From IMG/VR virus record IMGVR_UViG_3300037418_000840: DNA of 64,000 nucleotides; one strand, written 5' to 3'. Every line of letters begins with the position of its first letter. Position 1 is the first letter of the stretch. Of this stretch, positions 44,566-54,600 are shown in pieces. Made by a program: the position numbers and the translations under genes. The stretch is from a virus. Taxonomy: Duplodnaviria; Caudoviricetes. Under the pieces are notes generated by a model. It worked only from the letters and a program-made list of their open reading frames with translations, was not told where the DNA came from and searched no databases.

Positions 44566-45813
44566 ATGACCTATACTTACACACTCGATCCGCCAAGCTC
44601 AGATCCGGCTGAGAACCGGCGGCTGGGCTACCGGACGCCGCGCTCGATTTTGCTGCCTCCGTACTTCGCAACCAATCCGTTGTTTGTTGATTTCATGGAT
44701 GCGATCGACGAAGTGTTCGAACCGCTAGTTGACCAGAAGACTGAGATCTTGGGTGACCTACGAAATATGTGGGTCACCAATCCAGATATGGAAAACGTTC
44801 AGATAGCGAACGCTGAGCTAATTCCGTTTGAGGCTTGGTCTCAACCCGAACGTGATCTGCTGGTCAAGCAAGTGAATGCCCTGGGCCTCAAGCTCCAGAA
44901 CGCTGGCATCATCAGCAACGATAGCTATCAGGTTATCAGTCGCTGGGCTGGTATGTATTGGTTCGGTAAGGGTACACAGTCGTTCATCAACTTCATCAAC
45001 TACTGTCTGTCGTCAACGCTTACGGTCACCCGTTTGTGGACTGCTGACTATGTGAACTTCGTAGCCGAAGGCGATCCTTCGATTGGGACCCCGATCTGGG
45101 AAGGTGGTACGTGGTATCCAACGACTCACGTGTCTGTCGTGGCTACGGGCGGCCTTCAGCAGCTTGACATCAAGACACTGGTCAGTTTCTTCTACGAAAT
45201 TGCGAACTACAATCTGGTCCTGCAGTCGATCCAGTTGGCGTACAACATGTGGATCACTGACGACGACACGTTTGCACGCACCGACGCAGAAGTGGTGGCC
45301 GTCGGCCTATGGGCTGACTCGGTAATCGTGCTGTCCAATATCTTCCAGTTTGGGGCCGATAGTCCACCAGTGTTTGATACGGAGCCTAACATACCGGTCG
45401 GAGCCTACACAGTGACCCCTACGGCTACTGACCTGAGTGGGGCTTACATATTGAGCCAACCGACTGCTTGGATAATGGACGCGAGTGGTAAGAAGATTCC
45501 GGCCTACACGTCACAGGATCAGCAGCTAACGAACGACACGTCACTGTCAACCACGTTCTGTGGGAATGAGCCGGCCTCGCAGGACCAAGTCATGATGATC
45601 TTTGGTCCAGTTCAGTGGATCCAGGTTCCGGGCAGTTCACGTAGTGACGCGCGCATTCCAGTCTTCTCATCAGTGCCTGTACCTCGTACTGCGGCACTAG
45701 CTAATCTGCCAACGCAAGTCGTGGGCAATCTGCGTGGAAACTTCCTCTGCAATCCTACTGGCTGGACCGAAGTCGTGGCCGGTAGTGGCAAGTACACACC
45801 TTATTGGGCTTAA
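44566..45813 (+). CDS. baseplate wedge subunit (gp7 / P2 gpI-like)
   Basis: LLPPYF...FMDAIDEVF...WFGKGT; canonical order after baseplate J. Confidence 0.65.
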   Translation: MTYTYTLDPPSSDPAENRRLGYRTPRSILLPPYFATNPLFVDFMDAIDEVFEPLVDQKTEILGDLRNMWVTNPDMENVQIANAELIPFEAWSQPERDLLVKQVNALGLKLQNAGIISNDSYQVISRWAGMYWFGKGTQSFINFINYCLSSTLTVTRLWTADYVNFVAEGDPSIGTPIWEGGTWYPTTHVSVVATGGLQQLDIKTLVSFFYEIANYNLVLQSIQLAYNMWITDDDTFARTDAEVVAVGLWADSVIVLSNIFQFGADSPPVFDTEPNIPVGAYTVTPTATDLSGAYILSQPTAWIMDASGKKIPAYTSQDQQLTNDTSLSTTFCGNEPASQDQVMMIFGPVQWIQVPGSSRSDARIPVFSSVPVPRTAALANLPTQVVGNLRGNFLCNPTGWTEVVAGSGKYTPYWA

Positions 45814-45816
45814 GAC

Positions 45817-46944
45817 ATGAACCCGAATCAGAATCCAGTAATCTATGACGCAACGGGCAAGGTTCATCGGCCGATGGTTCCAGGCCAGGAGACCATGACC
45901 CCATCCTTGATTGCTTTGTCGGCAACGCCGGGCAATCGCCTTCAGTCTCTGGGTGATGGCCTATACCTTGGCGCTCAAGGGACTGCCGCGTCTCCGTATC
46001 AAGTGTATGTCAATTCGAGTACAGGCACAGACGCACCCGCAAACGGTGCGAAGACAACTCCGTACCGGACTCTAGACTACGCGCTTCAACAAGTTCAAGC
46101 GCTGTTCCCTAGTTCGCTGTTCTCGGGCTATGTCAACGTGTTGCTCCAGGCGGGACAGTCGTTCAGTGTCAACAACGACGTGACTCTGTATAGTGGTATC
46201 CTGGTCATCGGTTTCTATGGAGATCCTCAATACGGAGACATGAACAGCACGGTTGGTGGAACGACCAATAGCCAGAACATGGCAGATCTGGCGCGGCCAA
46301 TCATCACCTTCGGTACATCGTTGGTCAACGGACTGAACCATTTGGCGGGCTTTAACCGTCATGGTGGCAGTCTGTCCTTCGTGGGAGTACAGCTCAATCT
46401 TCCGGTGGCCCCTGCTGCTCCATCGAATACGCTGTACACGAACTATTCGGATGTCGTGCGTTCGTTGAACAACAGCGATCCAGGAATTGTGACTCTGGTT
46501 GGAACCATCGTCAACATGACTGATGTCACGGCCTATTGGGGTCTGCTCGGTGTTCATGCTCGGTCATCGAATACGACGCTTACACAGTTCACGTCTCAGT
46601 TCTGGGTCGATGGACGCGCGCTGTCGGCTACGGCATCGCCCGCACCAACGACTGCCGAACTGACGCAACGCCAGTTCTTCATCAAGTTCTACGCTGATTA
46701 TGCGGGTAACAATCAGTCGCAGGTCTTCATGGAGGACACGACTGCTAATTCGTCAACTGCGTCGGGCCTCTTGAATTTGACGTGGGCTGATGTGTCCGCG
46801 CTAGTGGTAACTGGAGCCAAGACTAATCTGGCAACGTTCCCAGTGGCTTTCGATCTTACGTATGGCCTGCGGAACTACATCTACAATCTGAATCATGACC
46901 AGCAGCAACGCCCGTTGAACGTGGTGAGCAGCCGTCTGATCTGA
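45817..46944 (+). CDS. tail-fibre-associated protein (DUF1565-like motif)
   Basis: VYVNSSTGTDAPANGAKTTPYRTLDYAL. Confidence 0.6.
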   Translation: MNPNQNPVIYDATGKVHRPMVPGQETMTPSLIALSATPGNRLQSLGDGLYLGAQGTAASPYQVYVNSSTGTDAPANGAKTTPYRTLDYALQQVQALFPSSLFSGYVNVLLQAGQSFSVNNDVTLYSGILVIGFYGDPQYGDMNSTVGGTTNSQNMADLARPIITFGTSLVNGLNHLAGFNRHGGSLSFVGVQLNLPVAPAAPSNTLYTNYSDVVRSLNNSDPGIVTLVGTIVNMTDVTAYWGLLGVHARSSNTTLTQFTSQFWVDGRALSATASPAPTTAELTQRQFFIKFYADYAGNNQSQVFMEDTTANSSTASGLLNLTWADVSALVVTGAKTNLATFPVAFDLTYGLRNYIYNLNHDQQQRPLNVVSSRLI

Positions 46945-46977
46945 TCCCGACCAGAATAAGACACCCAAGAGGTTCCT

Positions 46978-48633
46978 ATGAGCAACGCAACACCACTGTT
47001 TTTGATTACGGACGCGGGGCTGGCCGCTGCTTCGATAGCGACGCCGACCGGTCCGTATATCCATATCACTAGCTTCGAGATCGGCAGCGGGTATGGATAC
47101 AATCCGCAACGATCGGACACGGGCTTGAACGGCAATCTTCTGTACACGGGGACGCCGACGACCTACGAGAACATCGGCAACAATACGCTGGACATCATCT
47201 GCGAGATCCCACCTGACGCGGGTCCTTTTGACTTCGGCGAAGTCGCCCTGTATCTCAGTGGCGGTGTCATGTTTGCGAAGGCTGTGTTCAGCACGCCGCA
47301 GACCAAGTATTCGTCGTTGGGCACCAACGTCGTATCGTCGTATACGTTTCACTGCTTGCTCAAGCTCGAACAGTCGACAGCCGTCTTCCAGATCAGTACG
47401 ACGAACGGGCCGCCGGCTGTGTGGAACGTCTATGCGTGGTCTGACGTATATCCTCCCGGTATCAGTGCCAATCCGGACATCCCACTGTATCTGGTGCGTG
47501 AACTCAGCCCGGCTGGCGACTCGTCGCTGTTGCAGAATACGAACGACACCGAATGGACAGTGGGCACCACGTATCAACCAGTACGAAATAGTGCTACGGT
47601 CGCCAACTCGTCCACAAGCTGGATCGAGTTTGCGTCCAATCTGTTTCACCCCAATGATCTGACGGCCGCCAATCGTCAATGGGTGATTGAGACGCCTGAC
47701 GGCTTCTTCCGTTCAGTATCGTCAATCGTTACCTCAGGGTCCAACTATCGTTGCAATCTCAACGTGACTAACGACGGGACGTACAATAACAGTCCGCTGT
47801 TGACCGCTCCTGCGGTGGGCAGCAAATGTCGTCTCTACAGTTCGACCCAGAACGGCAACATCATCCATTACGATCAGATCGTAGATCCACCGTCAATTCC
47901 GTTGGCGACCGTCGGCAATCCAGGTTTGGCCTACGGAGGGGCTGGGCTGTATATGCCGAGCCCTGGAGTGATCGAAGCTCACGGATTTTTGCATTCACCA
48001 GATACGAATACGGGACGCACCCTAACCTCGTCTGACGATCTGAACAACATCGCACTGCCGTCCGGTCTGTACACGACGTATGTAGGTGTCTATGGATATC
48101 CGGCCAACATGCCCGCTCCTTGGGAAGGTCATATCTGGATTCAATGCTATGCCACTGGATCAGACGTGACTCAGTTGTATTGGCCTCAAGGAAGTGGTGG
48201 TGGTAGTCCGGATGGAACCGGTGGCTATCCTCCGTACTTCCGTTCGTACTCGCCATCCACTGGCTGGTCAGCATGGTCATCGTTGGGAGCCAAGGGTCGT
48301 CAAGGCAGCAGCAGCTACACGACGGCACACGCAGAATGGACTGGTACAAGCACTGTCCTCACATGGAATGGGAGCTCATCTCCTTTTGGATCAGGGCTCC
48401 CTGCGCTGACCAAGGCCGGTGTCCTTCACATGTATGTATGGGATGACGGTTCACGCACTACACAGGTCAATCTCAATGGCTCGCGTGTCTCGTACAATAC
48501 CAAGGGTGGCGGCGCTGGTTATGGTCGTATCCATCATGACACAGTGATGTTCAACGCAGGTGATACGGTCGATTGGATTGTGACCAATAGTGGTCTTTCA
48601 CCAATCGGTGCTGCAATGATTCTGCTCAGCTAA
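46978..48633 (+). CDS. tail fibre protein (P2 gpH-type N-terminus, pyocin-knob-like domain)
   Basis: LITDAGLAAA...ITSFEIGSG attachment domain; DLNNIALPSGLY...WSAW knob. Confidence 0.8.
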   Translation: MSNATPLFLITDAGLAAASIATPTGPYIHITSFEIGSGYGYNPQRSDTGLNGNLLYTGTPTTYENIGNNTLDIICEIPPDAGPFDFGEVALYLSGGVMFAKAVFSTPQTKYSSLGTNVVSSYTFHCLLKLEQSTAVFQISTTNGPPAVWNVYAWSDVYPPGISANPDIPLYLVRELSPAGDSSLLQNTNDTEWTVGTTYQPVRNSATVANSSTSWIEFASNLFHPNDLTAANRQWVIETPDGFFRSVSSIVTSGSNYRCNLNVTNDGTYNNSPLLTAPAVGSKCRLYSSTQNGNIIHYDQIVDPPSIPLATVGNPGLAYGGAGLYMPSPGVIEAHGFLHSPDTNTGRTLTSSDDLNNIALPSGLYTTYVGVYGYPANMPAPWEGHIWIQCYATGSDVTQLYWPQGSGGGSPDGTGGYPPYFRSYSPSTGWSAWSSLGAKGRQGSSSYTTAHAEWTGTSTVLTWNGSSSPFGSGLPALTKAGVLHMYVWDDGSRTTQVNLNGSRVSYNTKGGGAGYGRIHHDTVMFNAGDTVDWIVTNSGLSPIGAAMILLS

Positions 48634-48645
48634 GGAGAATGAGTG

Positions 48646-49347
48646 ATGAGTATTTCTGGAACAATCGCAGTTCCCGCTGAGCAGGCGGCAGTCCTACAGG
48701 CCGCTGCCGAAGCGGCCAAGACAGCTAAAATCATGTCGTCGCCAGATCCGGCTCCTGCCGCACCCGCGCCGTCCAACAAACTGTACGCATATCCGTACAC
48801 AAAGCTGACTGGCGTCGCTTCTATGCTCAGTGTGTACACAGGGACTCCCATCGAGTTGGCGGAGGGACAATCGCCACCAGAGAATTCGAGCCCCTGGCGA
48901 CCACCGACGGCTCCAGACGGACGCGCTGTCTATTTTGATGGCTATGGGTGGTTCGTCGGCCCTGATCTGGCCACTGTGAAGATAGCTGATCTGCAGACTA
49001 TCGTCTTCAAGGATTTGGCCGACACCTTTCAATCTCAAGTCGATGCATTGACCACAGGCTACACGGCAGCCGAACGACAGTCTTGGGGTCAGCAATTGGC
49101 CGACGCTAAGAGTTTGCTCGCTGGCGGTCAATCCTCTGCGTTGCTGACGACCTTGGCGTCTGCACGAGGGGTTGATCCAAAGGTTCTGGCCCAGAAGATC
49201 GTAGACAAAGACGCGGCGTATCAAAATCAGTATGCGGCACTACTCGCTGCGTATCAGAAGCAAAGAGACGCTGTGTCGATAGCTACGTCACCCGATCAGT
49301 TGCCGGCCATATCCATCGCAGCCTTCAGCACTGTTCGTCCTCTGTGA
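48646..49347 (+). CDS. tail fibre assembly chaperone
   Basis: Follows the fibre; PWRPPTAPDGRAVYFDGYGW; YTAAERQSWGQQLADAK. Confidence 0.7.
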   Translation: MSISGTIAVPAEQAAVLQAAAEAAKTAKIMSSPDPAPAAPAPSNKLYAYPYTKLTGVASMLSVYTGTPIELAEGQSPPENSSPWRPPTAPDGRAVYFDGYGWFVGPDLATVKIADLQTIVFKDLADTFQSQVDALTTGYTAAERQSWGQQLADAKSLLAGGQSSALLTTLASARGVDPKVLAQKIVDKDAAYQNQYAALLAAYQKQRDAVSIATSPDQLPAISIAAFSTVRPL

Positions 49348-49364
49348 CCGCAGACTCGCAAAAT

Positions 49365-49400
49365 AAAAGCCCCGTCGCCATAAGGCCACGGGGCTTTTTT
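49365..49400. terminator. bidirectional intrinsic terminator
   Basis: AAAAGCCCCGT / ACGGGGCTTTT stem, A-tract on the left and T-tract on the right, between convergent genes. Confidence 0.9.
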
Positions 49401-49412
49401 CACGCCCTAAAG

Positions 49413-49799
49413 TCAGGGTTTAGTGTAGAACAATGAGACGTTGGCGGTCGCTGTGGCTGCGCTAGGATTTGCTATCGTCACAGAATCATAGTTGCCATCG
49501 AGAACCAAGGTGCTATTGACCGGAATGGTCATCGATACAGCGCCGATGGTCAGCGTAACCTGAAGAGGCGCGTCGGTGCCGATGCAAATGCTGCTAATTC
49601 CCGTGACCGTCACGTTCGCGTTCGGCGCGATGGTTACCGACTCGGCCGCAAGAGTGTTGGCCCCTATGTAGGACGAGACGGTGCCCACGCGACGGATGAC
49701 CGAATTTAGCCCCTCGGAAACCTTGACCTCATACTTCATGGTTGTCGCAGGCTGAACCGGCAAGCTAACTACACCATCCGGAAACTGAATAACTCCCAT
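49413..49799 (-). CDS. hypothetical beta-rich protein (possible virion protein)
   Basis: AGGAG SD, MGVIQFPDG...; V/T/S-rich. Confidence 0.7.
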   Translation of the reverse strand: MGVIQFPDGVVSLPVQPATTMKYEVKVSEGLNSVIRRVGTVSSYIGANTLAAESVTIAPNANVTVTGISSICIGTDAPLQVTLTIGAVSMTIPVNSTLVLDGNYDSVTIANPSAATATANVSLFYTKP

Positions 49800-49827
49800 T
49801 GAGAACTCCTTGATTAGAATGCGATGC

Positions 49828-49860
49828 AAAAAGGGCCGATGACAACCCGATCATCGGCCC
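49828..49860 (-). terminator. intrinsic terminator (- strand)
   Basis: GGGCCGATGA / TCATCGGCCC 10-bp stem followed by TTTTT on the - strand. Confidence 0.85.
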
Positions 49861-49867
49861 CGTGGCA

Positions 49868-50110
49868 CTATCTACGTCCTGCGAGTGCTTTTAGCTTCTG
49901 TTCTCTTTCCCAGTCGTCACGACAGTCCAGGTCACAGAACAGATGCGGTGAGCGAACCTTCTCATCACAGTAGTAGCAGTACCCTGAATGCAAAAGGGTT
50001 CGGCCTACGTTGCTTCGAATGTTCGAGATAGTGAAGCTTGTAAGATCTTCTGTAGCTTGTTGAGCGCGGTCTCCTGCGTCCGACAAGCGAACACGGTCCA
50101 TATGATCCAT
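49868..50110 (-). CDS. TraR/DksA-like C4 zinc-finger protein
   Basis: SDAGDRAQQATEDLTSFTISNIR aligns with the TraR N-terminal DxxDxA helix; CYYC...FCDLDC. Confidence 0.7.
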   Translation of the reverse strand: MDHMDRVRLSDAGDRAQQATEDLTSFTISNIRSNVGRTLLHSGYCYYCDEKVRSPHLFCDLDCRDDWEREQKLKALAGRR

Positions 50111-50112
50111 GT

Positions 50113-50213
50113 GAATCCCCGTTCAGTGTTTCTAAGTTATTGCCAGTGTAGCGCGTCACGTAGCCCTCGTGCTACACCATCAAATTGTCTTAGCAACCTT
50201 GAACGGTGGATCC
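50113..50213 (-). promoter_or_regulatory. 101-nt irregular hairpin occluding the RBS of the TraR-like gene
   Basis: Paired segments 50113-25/50200-13, 50132-36/50189-93, 50146-55/50168-77; spans the whole intergenic gap. Confidence 0.7.
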
Positions 50214-50936
50214 TCATTTCTCGTCGTACAGGCCCTTCAAGATCTTTTCAGCCTCGTCCATCTTCTTTTGGTCAACGTTCTTCCCACCACGATTGCGATA
50301 GAATGACAACCTCGACGATGCTTGCTTGTGACTGTTACTCACTCGTTTGAGCGTCTTAGCTATGTCAGCCGCCGATTTCTCGAACGTGCCTTCGGGCACC
50401 GCATTGTGATCTGGATGTACGTCTTTCACCCACTTTTCAGCCTCGATCAGCCGTTGAGCGGCCCGTAGTTCTGTAGCCATCTGAAGATCCTCCACGTCAA
50501 AACCAGTGTCAAGCACTGCATCATCGAGATTGTGGCCCGGTGGCAGTGCGTACACCGGAGTCTCTGCGCTGGACGTCGTAGACTTTGGACCAGACGTCGG
50601 TTTTGGTTCACCGTAGGCGTTGCGTAGACTTTCTTTTGCGTCGTACAGGCGCTTCTTATCTTCGCCTTGGAGATTACGTCCCTGACGATTGATGTACGAG
50701 TTAAGACGGCGACTGGCTTGCCCGTAGTCTTCCGAATGTTGCTTGATAACGTTCACCATCTCAGCAGGATTCTTATCGAATGTGCCTTCGGGCAAGACTC
50801 GACCTGGAGTCCGCGGCTTGCCCTTGTACTGACGATCCATTCGATCCTGCCAAGTGTAGTCCTTGTCATTGTTGGGTGGGTCAGTTATCTGACGCTCACC
50901 CAATAGACGACGCACGGCCCGTAGTTGTTTTTGCAT
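50214..50936 (-). CDS. tandem DUF3175-like domain protein
   Basis: Two copies of PEGTF(D/E)K...(Q)AS.RL..Y.NR.G(R/K)N. Confidence 0.75.
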   Translation of the reverse strand: MQKQLRAVRRLLGERQITDPPNNDKDYTWQDRMDRQYKGKPRTPGRVLPEGTFDKNPAEMVNVIKQHSEDYGQASRRLNSYINRQGRNLQGEDKKRLYDAKESLRNAYGEPKPTSGPKSTTSSAETPVYALPPGHNLDDAVLDTGFDVEDLQMATELRAAQRLIEAEKWVKDVHPDHNAVPEGTFEKSAADIAKTLKRVSNSHKQASSRLSFYRNRGGKNVDQKKMDEAEKILKGLYDEK

Positions 50937-50943
50937 CTGGCCC

Positions 50944-51105
50944 TCACTTCTCATCGCGACACGCGTTATACATCTGGACTACCTTCAGCGTGTAGTCCTT
51001 CAGTAACTCGTTGTCACCGATGGTCGGTAGCGGAGGGCACTCACGATGATGGACTGTGGCACACCCGCTAACGACTACGGCTACTGCAAGGATAAAGATC
51101 CTCAT
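50944..51105 (-). CDS. outer-membrane spanin lipoprotein, pair 2 (53 aa, absent from the ORF track)
   Basis: MRIFILAVAVVVSGC lipobox, CPPLP...MYNAC; ATGA overlap with the upstream TM gene. Confidence 0.78.
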   Translation of the reverse strand: MRIFILAVAVVVSGCATVHHRECPPLPTIGDNELLKDYTLKVVQMYNACRDEK

Positions 51106-51605
51106 TTCGTAGCTCCTTTGACGGCATTGTTAATGCGCGTCCGTTCTGCCGCAGTTACCCCCTTTTGAGCTGCGGCCGCCGCTTCTGTGGCCGCAGTTTT
51201 TGCCTCCTTTGCTACCTTTACCACGTTGGACAACTGAGCACTACGCGCCTTTGCCGTCTTCGCTATGGTGCCCACGCGGTCACTCATTGTTTGAATGAGT
51301 GTCGTCTGCTCTTGAATGCGTGCCGTCTGGTCCGCAAGCAGTGCGTCACGTTCGGCCAGACGCGAATTAGCAGCATCCGACGCCTGGACCAGTCGTGCAT
51401 TACAGTCAGCGACTAACGACTCCCGCTGCTTTGCCAACTGTTCGACCATCGATCGTTGCGCGCCGCGATCCTCCATGTTCTTTACCACATAACCTAGAGT
51501 GAACGCAGCACCAACGACCATCAAGGCCCCTAGTTGGGTCCTAATACCGCTCATGATCCTCGTATGAGTGCGGCGTACGAATCCTTCTCTACGAGTGTCT
51601 ATCAT
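51102..51605 (-). CDS. inner-membrane spanin, pair 2
   Basis: AAGGAG SD, TM helix LGALMVVGAAFTLGYVV, long A/Q coiled coil with one Cys. Confidence 0.72.
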   Translation of the reverse strand: MIDTRREGFVRRTHTRIMSGIRTQLGALMVVGAAFTLGYVVKNMEDRGAQRSMVEQLAKQRESLVADCNARLVQASDAANSRLAERDALLADQTARIQEQTTLIQTMSDRVGTIAKTAKARSAQLSNVVKVAKEAKTAATEAAAAAQKGVTAAERTRINNAVKGATK

Positions 51606-51615
51606 ATCAAGCTCC

Positions 51616-54600
51616 TTATTGATCAGGGAACGCCGCCGTCGGAGGAGTGAAGTTTGCCGTGTATCGAGCAACGCCGTATGTGATACGGAAGTCGTTCAAG
51701 AATGCGGACAAGACAACGTTCCCTGCAACGTCAAGCGAGGTACTGTTTGCGCCGACAGCCAGTGGTGAAGTAGACGCCATCAACGCAGACGAACCGATAC
51801 TACCTGATCCGATGGATACGCCGTTTAGATAAAGCGTCACTGTACCTCCACTGCGAACCAAAGCAAGATGGAACCAAGTGTTCAATGTTACAGTGGTAGA
51901 GGTGCTTATGGTCACGGCCCACGCACTGCCTGATGAAGAAAGATAGGCTTGAAACACGCCGTTGTTCAGTTCCACCATCATCGGCGTATAGTTGTTGTTG
52001 CTCGTACGTTGCGCCCAAAAGCCATTTGACGCACTTCCAGAGTACGTACGTACGTACCACCAGCCTTCAACGGTCCAGTCAACCGCACTCCAAACGGGTA
52101 GCTGATTGTTAGGCACAGCAATCAACGTGGACTGATTACTTCCATCAAAATCTATGGACGAACCGTTGAACTTCGATTGCGACGTAACAATCGCAGTGTT
52201 GCCCAGAGTTTGTACAGTCTGTTGCAGTGCATTGTCCAAAACCCCCGTCGCAACGTCAGTGGCGTTGTACAGGAATGAAGTGTCCACAACGGCTGTTGAC
52301 AATGGGGCTATCGGTGGAGTGAACGTCGCAGTGTACACCGCACTTCCGTTCACTATACGCAGATCAGAGATAAATCCGTTGAAACCTTGTGTCGTTCCAT
52401 TTATAGCTTGTCCTATAAGAATAGGTTGGCTCGATCCAAGATTATCTGCGGCTGTGACCGTAGCTACTTGCACTCCGTTCTTGAACAAGCGCCAGACACC
52501 GAAGTTGTCACGCGTCAACGCCACGTGATACCACGTATTCAACGCCAACGCTGTGGAATCGGAATAAACAGTGTTGTTAGGTCCATCGTAGAATGCGAGT
52601 TGTCCAGACGCATTGACCTGCAATGCTGTAGCTTGTGCAGCAACAGCTGATCGTAGATCTACCAGATTACACGCATTCGAATTGACAGACTGCATGTACA
52701 TCCAGCACTCAATGGTGAACGCACCTGTGCCAAAACCAAATGATGAAGATGCGGCATACGACAGGTTGGTCCCACCTCCTGCGAAATAGCACGATCCCGC
52801 ATACTTTGACGAGGCATACGGCGTGCCGTTGTCCCCGAAAGGATTGAATCTACGAATCGCTGGCGTACCCCCTACCGAAATCGCCCAAGCATTCGTTGAA
52901 TTGTCGATCCAACGATTTGACTGACAGCTCAGGAAGTTCGTCCCAGTGATAGCCGTCAGCGGCGCTGTCGAGGGTGTAAAGTTTGCTGTGTAGACTCGCG
53001 AACCAAACACGACTCGCACGTTACTGACATGGCCTCCCCACACCGGATTCGTGCCCACATTGTTGTTACCGATGGCTGCCGCACCTATCCCGAGGTACAT
53101 GTTGGTCACACCGTGATTAAAGGTGTTCATCAACTGACCATCGAAGAAGAAGGTACAGGCCCCGGAACCTCCTACCTGAGTAATCGCAAAGTGGTGCCAC
53201 GTTCCGGCAGTCAGACTAATGTTGGACGAATTCGCATTGACGATGGTGACCCCGTCGCCATTCGAAAACTGGACCAACATCTGATAAGCACCACCAGTGA
53301 TGACCTGAACGCCAAGTGCCAGTTCGAAATTGTTCGTACCAGTCCGTCCCTTCTGCCACATGACATATTCACCAGCCGATCCGATGGTCGTGGGCAACGT
53401 CTCGAACATGGCCCACATTTCGATGGTGAACGTCTGATTACCTGGTGCTGCGGACGTGGACGCACCATAGGTCAGATACGATGCGGCCGCACCGTTCAAG
53501 TGTGTTGACCAATTCGATCCATAAGGAGTGAACGTCCCTTCAAACGGGCTGCCCGTCGAAGTCAGTGAGATCTGACTCGAAGGCATAGTCGCAGCGAACA
53601 CGTTATTGGCATACGCGTTCTGACCCGTCCCATGGACCAACAGGGCAACGTTGTTGAAATAGGTATCGCTTGAGATGCTGTTGGGAAATGCTGCTGAAGG
53701 AGCAGTAAATCCTGTCGTAGCGTATCGTGCGACACCCAACGTCACCCGGATGTCTTCCATGTAGCCCGTGAAGGGCATGGACGCCCAAGTGGCGTCAGCT
53801 CCTACCGTGAAGTAGTCACCCGTGCTGGACCCAACCGATCCACTCATGGCCGCACTTCCTACTTGCGTACCATTGATGAACAGATAGAGCGTGTTGCCCG
53901 AACGCATGGCCGCCACGTGTGACCACGCGTTAGCCGCTGGCGAACTGGTTGACGTCAAATCGGTAGAGTTGTTCCAATGGAAAGCCAGTTTGCCCGCGTT
54001 GAGATAGAACAACCAGTCACTGTTGGTGCCGTTTTTGGCACACCCCATGATCTGCGCAGTCTCACTGGCAGACGTAGGGTAGATCCAGGCTTCTGCTGTG
54101 AAGTTTACTGACCCAAGCTGAAGGTAGGTACCTCGTGCGCTCAGTGTTGGATACACACTGTTCGCCAGGGCGCCGCTGAAATACAACGAGGTAGTGCTGA
54201 ATTTGGACTGGGCGCTGCTTATCTGTGCCGTTCCGACCGTGAGCAGTTCGTGCTGCATCGCGTTGTCATAGACACCAGACGTGCCTGCCGTCTGTGCATT
54301 GTACAGTAAGGCCGTGCTCGCCACATTCGCTGGAATGGACGTGCTCGGGGTGAACGAAGCTGTGTACAGGGCAGTACCGTTGACAAGACGGAGACCCGTC
54401 AGATAACCACTGAAGAAATTGTGGGCAGTGAATCCGCTTTGATTGTTGTCGGCCCCCAACAGCACTGGTTGTGTCGCGCTATTCAATGCGCCGCTCACCG
54501 TCCCAGTCGTTGCGTCCAGCACGCCGTTGACGAAGAAGCGAACGGTTGATCCTTGACGGGTGATCGCCACGTGATTCCATGCACCCGGCACGATTTTCGC

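Noticed and set aside
48639-48680. Short ATG-initiated ORF overlapping the start of the fibre chaperone
   Set aside because: The SD is 1 nt from this ATG and is properly spaced for GTG 48643 or ATG 48646 of the real gene.
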